A DNA stretch of 63,471 bases, filler included, from Licmophora abbreviata (taxonomy: Eukaryota), in NCBI GenBank assembly GCA_900291995.1. It is 16 parts of 16 records of this genome, joined end to end, with 100 filler letters (N's around TTAATTAATTAA, not from the genome) between each part and the next. Parts side by side here need not be neighbours in the genome. Positions count along the whole stretch, not along the records: positions 58,198 to 61,424 come from OLMU01003536.1; positions 61,525 to 63,471 come from OLMU01003545.1; 14 more parts are not named here. One strand, given 5' to 3'. The notes below the pieces were generated by a model. It was not told the origin of the DNA, ran no database searches, and was given only the letters and a program-made list of their open reading frames with translations. Below, piece by piece: positions 60,674 through 63,471 of this stretch (its first letter is position 1; each line of letters starts with the position of its first letter). The translations under genes and the position numbers were made by a program.

Positions 60674-61424
60674 ATGACGAACGCTTCCTCTTGGATTGTC
60701 CTGGTGTTCTGGACGACGACCGTGATGCTGGTGTCCTTGACACCCTCTGCAACCGCCTTTGCTCCTCTGTGCAGCAATCCTACTGCTGCTGCTGCTGCTG
60801 CTGCTGCTACTACTACTACTACTACTACTGCATTGCACATGGCCAATGACGAAGACATGGCACGCTGGTCTCGCTCCTCTCGTTCAGCAGGAATCAACGA
60901 TCGCGTGGTCGAGCTCAAGAGGCCTCTTGGAGTGGTCTTGAATGAAGATGACAATGGGAATGTCTATGTGGAGACAGTAGCGCCCCGGGGCAATGCCGCA
61001 AGGACAGGTCAAGTCAGCGAAGGCGATGTCGTGGTACGTCGTTTCCAAGAATGCGCGTACTAGATGGACTATATCTTCCTACCACTCTCTTACACATTCT
61101 CCTTCTTCTACTACTACTACTACTACTACTATTATTACTACATAGACCATGTGTTCCGCCACGTTTGGAGATCAAATGTGGAGTACTCGCGGTGTGGGTT
61201 TGACCCGCGTCCTGGCGGCAATCCGCGTCCGGGCGGGACCGACGGTCAAACTCGTCTTGGAGAATGTCAAGGAGAGCAAGCGCAAGTCCACACTGACGTC
61301 CAAACAAGTCAAGGCCATGGAAGAGGCGCGTGTGGCGGCGCAAGCCAAGAAGGATCAACTGCTTAGTCAACTGGAAAAGGATGAACGGAAGCTTAAAAAG
61401 GGAAAGTTCCTTGGGTTGTTTTAG
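60674..61424 (+). CDS. Plastid-targeted PDZ-domain protein
   Basis: Signal + ATAF; VELKRPLGVVL...VYVETVAPRGNAARTGQVSEGDVV|TMCSATFGDQMW (intron 61034-61145); C-terminal KFLGLF*. Confidence 0.85.
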
Positions 61425-61524
61425 NNNNNNNNNNNNNNNNNNNNNNNNNNNNNNNNNNNNNNNNNNNNTTAATTAATTAANNNNNNNNNNNNNNNNNNNN
61501 NNNNNNNNNNNNNNNNNNNNNNNN

Positions 61525-61797
61525 AGCCAAATGGACGAGCTGTCCCTGATCCTGCATAAACCTCGAGTGTACAATGTGTAAGAGCGAGGACGGCGATTGC
61601 GACGGGGGTGCATCCTCGTGGTCGCTTAGTGCATTCGCCGTCTTTCTAAAAATTATAGCTGTGGAACGGGAAGAAGAGAGTTCCCACGATGAAGATCCTG
61701 GTGTTGTCGTTGTGGAAATCACATGCACAATCGATACCAAGGAGGCAAGTCCAATAAGAAAGTTGACCAGGACCGCCACGACATATGCTTTGCGCAT
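61525..61797 (-). CDS. 5' fragment of a putative rhamnosyl-transferase-like (GT-A) type II membrane protein; paralog of the adjacent gene; truncated by the gap
   Basis: TM YVVAVLVNFLIGLASLVSIV; LLHIVHSRFMQDQGQLVHLA closely matches LVHIVHTRFMQEQGKLVFLA of the neighbour; start codon uncertain. Confidence 0.7.
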
Positions 61798-62105
61798 GCT
61801 CAGTATATCACAACGGGGGGAGGCTTAGCAAGAGCTTGTTGTCGATACTTGCGCGTCATGAGAAGAAGGAGCAACTGTCCACAGCGCGAAGGTTCAACAA
61901 GGCGAAGAGCGCCATGGGGCTCATCATCACTTTGATGATCCCGCGGGCATAAATCGCCCCATCGCCCGGCGCGGGGCGAGGTCGTTTTCAGTCACGCGCG
62001 CGAGACACAAGACGGATACTCGGGAATGAAAATCGGATGATCGATCCAAAGAAGATGTTACAAAAGCCGAACGCTAATAGGCTACGACAATTATATCCTA
62101 TCTAT

Positions 62106-63441
62106 CTACTGCCCCTTGACTTCCCTCACGAGTTTCTTCAACAGCTCCGCACTCGACTCCTTGCAGCTATGCCCTTTCGTACATTGGCCGGCCAGGTTGT
62201 CTTTAGCAATCTCCAACAGGTTAGCTTGAATGTACTCCGCAGTTTGTCTCGATGCTTTTTTCGAAAGGCCAAAGGTCTCTGTCAACACACGCCATAACTC
62301 GTCTTGATGCGAGGGGAGTTGTTTTCGAGTACTATTCCACAAAGCATCCATCATGCCTGCACTTGTGGGCGTTCGGGATCGCACCGCTCCAATAGTCGGG
62401 TCGTCCAGCAGTCGTATACACTTTGCATCGTCGTTGACACTGCAGCCGCCGTCTCGCACTACCGACTTGTATAAGGTATCGTGAGGATACTTGGGGACAT
62501 GGGTCGTTCCAACATTGTATCCAACAGTCAATCCCGGAGTAACACACAATTTGGAGTGCTGGACAAGATTCAGAATACCCTCCTCTGGTAGTATCACATC
62601 CTCCGTCGATGCGGAGCTACTGTACCATACCAAGTGTCGCTGTACACACCAGTACATCCATTGCTTGGGGATTGTAGACTCCCCTAGAGTTTGAAATTCG
62701 GTCAGCGCCTGTTCCTGTACTGTTCGAATCCACTCTTGCTGCAATCCATCGTCCGCGTCGAGTCTCGTCTCGAGTACCGGCACATCGTTTCGGATGTCAT
62801 ATGCATGTTGCAGCAGCTGGAGATCACCCGTATAAAGTTGACCCTTGAGCACTTCGTGTCCCTCTTCTCCACCCCGCCAGGAACCCTCCGCCTCTCCCGC
62901 CTGAAAGTTGGTGAGTGAGCCCACTAGAAAGAAATGAGGATGCGGCTTGAGGAGTGCCACTAGTTCGTCTCGAATGCTGACATGCAACTGTGGGTCCGTC
63001 TTTATGATCCAGAGAAAGTCCGATGTAGATTGATCAATCAAGGTGGGCAGGCAGATGCTCTTGAAGAGCTCGAGGCGTGCTCGGGCCAAGAATACAAGCT
63101 TCCCTTGCTCTTGCATGAAACGTGTGTGCACAATGTGCACCAACGGATTTGGCATGATGCTGTTGTGAAGGTTCCTTTTTGGAATCACTTGCTGGTCGCA
63201 AATAATAACGAGAAGACTGATCCAGCCTCGAGGATGACGGCACAGAAACAAGCCAGTAGACTACAGTGACAAAGACAAGCCCGAAGCCGCACAAGACTGC
63301 CATCAACAGCGCAGACTGCCCGGACGAATACTGTCGCTGCGATGATGACAAGGCGGACGCTCGATTGGCCGCTGTTGTGGACGGAAATCGTCGCTGTCGA
63401 CGCCGCCGACGTGTGCTGGAAGAATCTGCAATGGCTCTCAT
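62106..63441 (-). CDS. Putative rhamnosyl-transferase-like (GT-A/GT2-related) type II membrane protein; frameshift near 63148-63150
   Basis: TM LLMAVLCGFGLVFVTVVYWLV; ARLELFKSICLPTLIDQSTSDFLWIIKTDPQL and LETRLDADDGL, motifs typical of the putative rhamnosyl transferase family. Confidence 0.72.
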
Positions 63442-63471
63442 TGGAATTCATCAGAGATTATCTATTATATC

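Larger units (their letters stand above)
5006..61524. other. 15 artificial 100-nt scaffold linkers (N44-TTAATTAATTAA-N44)
   Basis: At 5006, 11550, 13465, 20037, 29303, 31113, 34043, 42405, 44054, 48577, 50292, 52694, 56088, 58098 and 61425; the core is a six-frame stop spacer. Confidence 0.98.

Noticed and set aside
5006..61524. Regularly recurring TTAATTAATTAA flanked by Ns, superficially repeat- or CRISPR-like
   Set aside because: Artificial six-frame-stop scaffold linker of constant 100-nt length; not biological

Overview
Gene-dense eukaryotic nuclear scaffold, most likely from a (raphid pennate) diatom. Evidence: short GT-AG introns, bipartite signal peptide + (A/S)xAF plastid-targeting presequences, and diatom-type Lys/Ser-rich secreted proteins. 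About 30 genes or gene fragments lie on 16 contigs joined by 15 artificial 100-nt linkers (N44-TTAATTAATTAA-N44). Housekeeping-type genes: PERK-like eIF2-alpha kinase, two plastid-type DEAD-box helicases, ClpB/Hsp78, exocyst Sec10, MPP-alpha, prolidase, DUF1295, CtpA, NDUFA4/B12D, PEX2, Gfo/Idh/MocA oxidoreductase, PhoD, YaaA, CYP38 and a PDZ protein. Main highlights: (1) a tandem pair of type-I membrane proteins with silaffin-like Lys/Ser clusters, a shared uncharacterised luminal domain and three shared upstream DNA motifs, a candidate co-regulated cell-wall/silicalemma module; (2) an intronless GT32 + sulfotransferase + membrane-anchored GH10 trio, with four more Golgi-type glycan-modifying genes elsewhere in the window, a candidate sulfated-polysaccharide system; (3) unusual domain combinations (PERK+ACT-like, CxxC twin-CX9C Mia40/GCK-like, EDR2_C+CRAL-TRIO, Tudor-like+AP2-like). 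About nine genes carry single-base frameshifts, mostly at homopolymers, most likely sequencing errors. All family calls come from motif recognition by eye; no searches were run.
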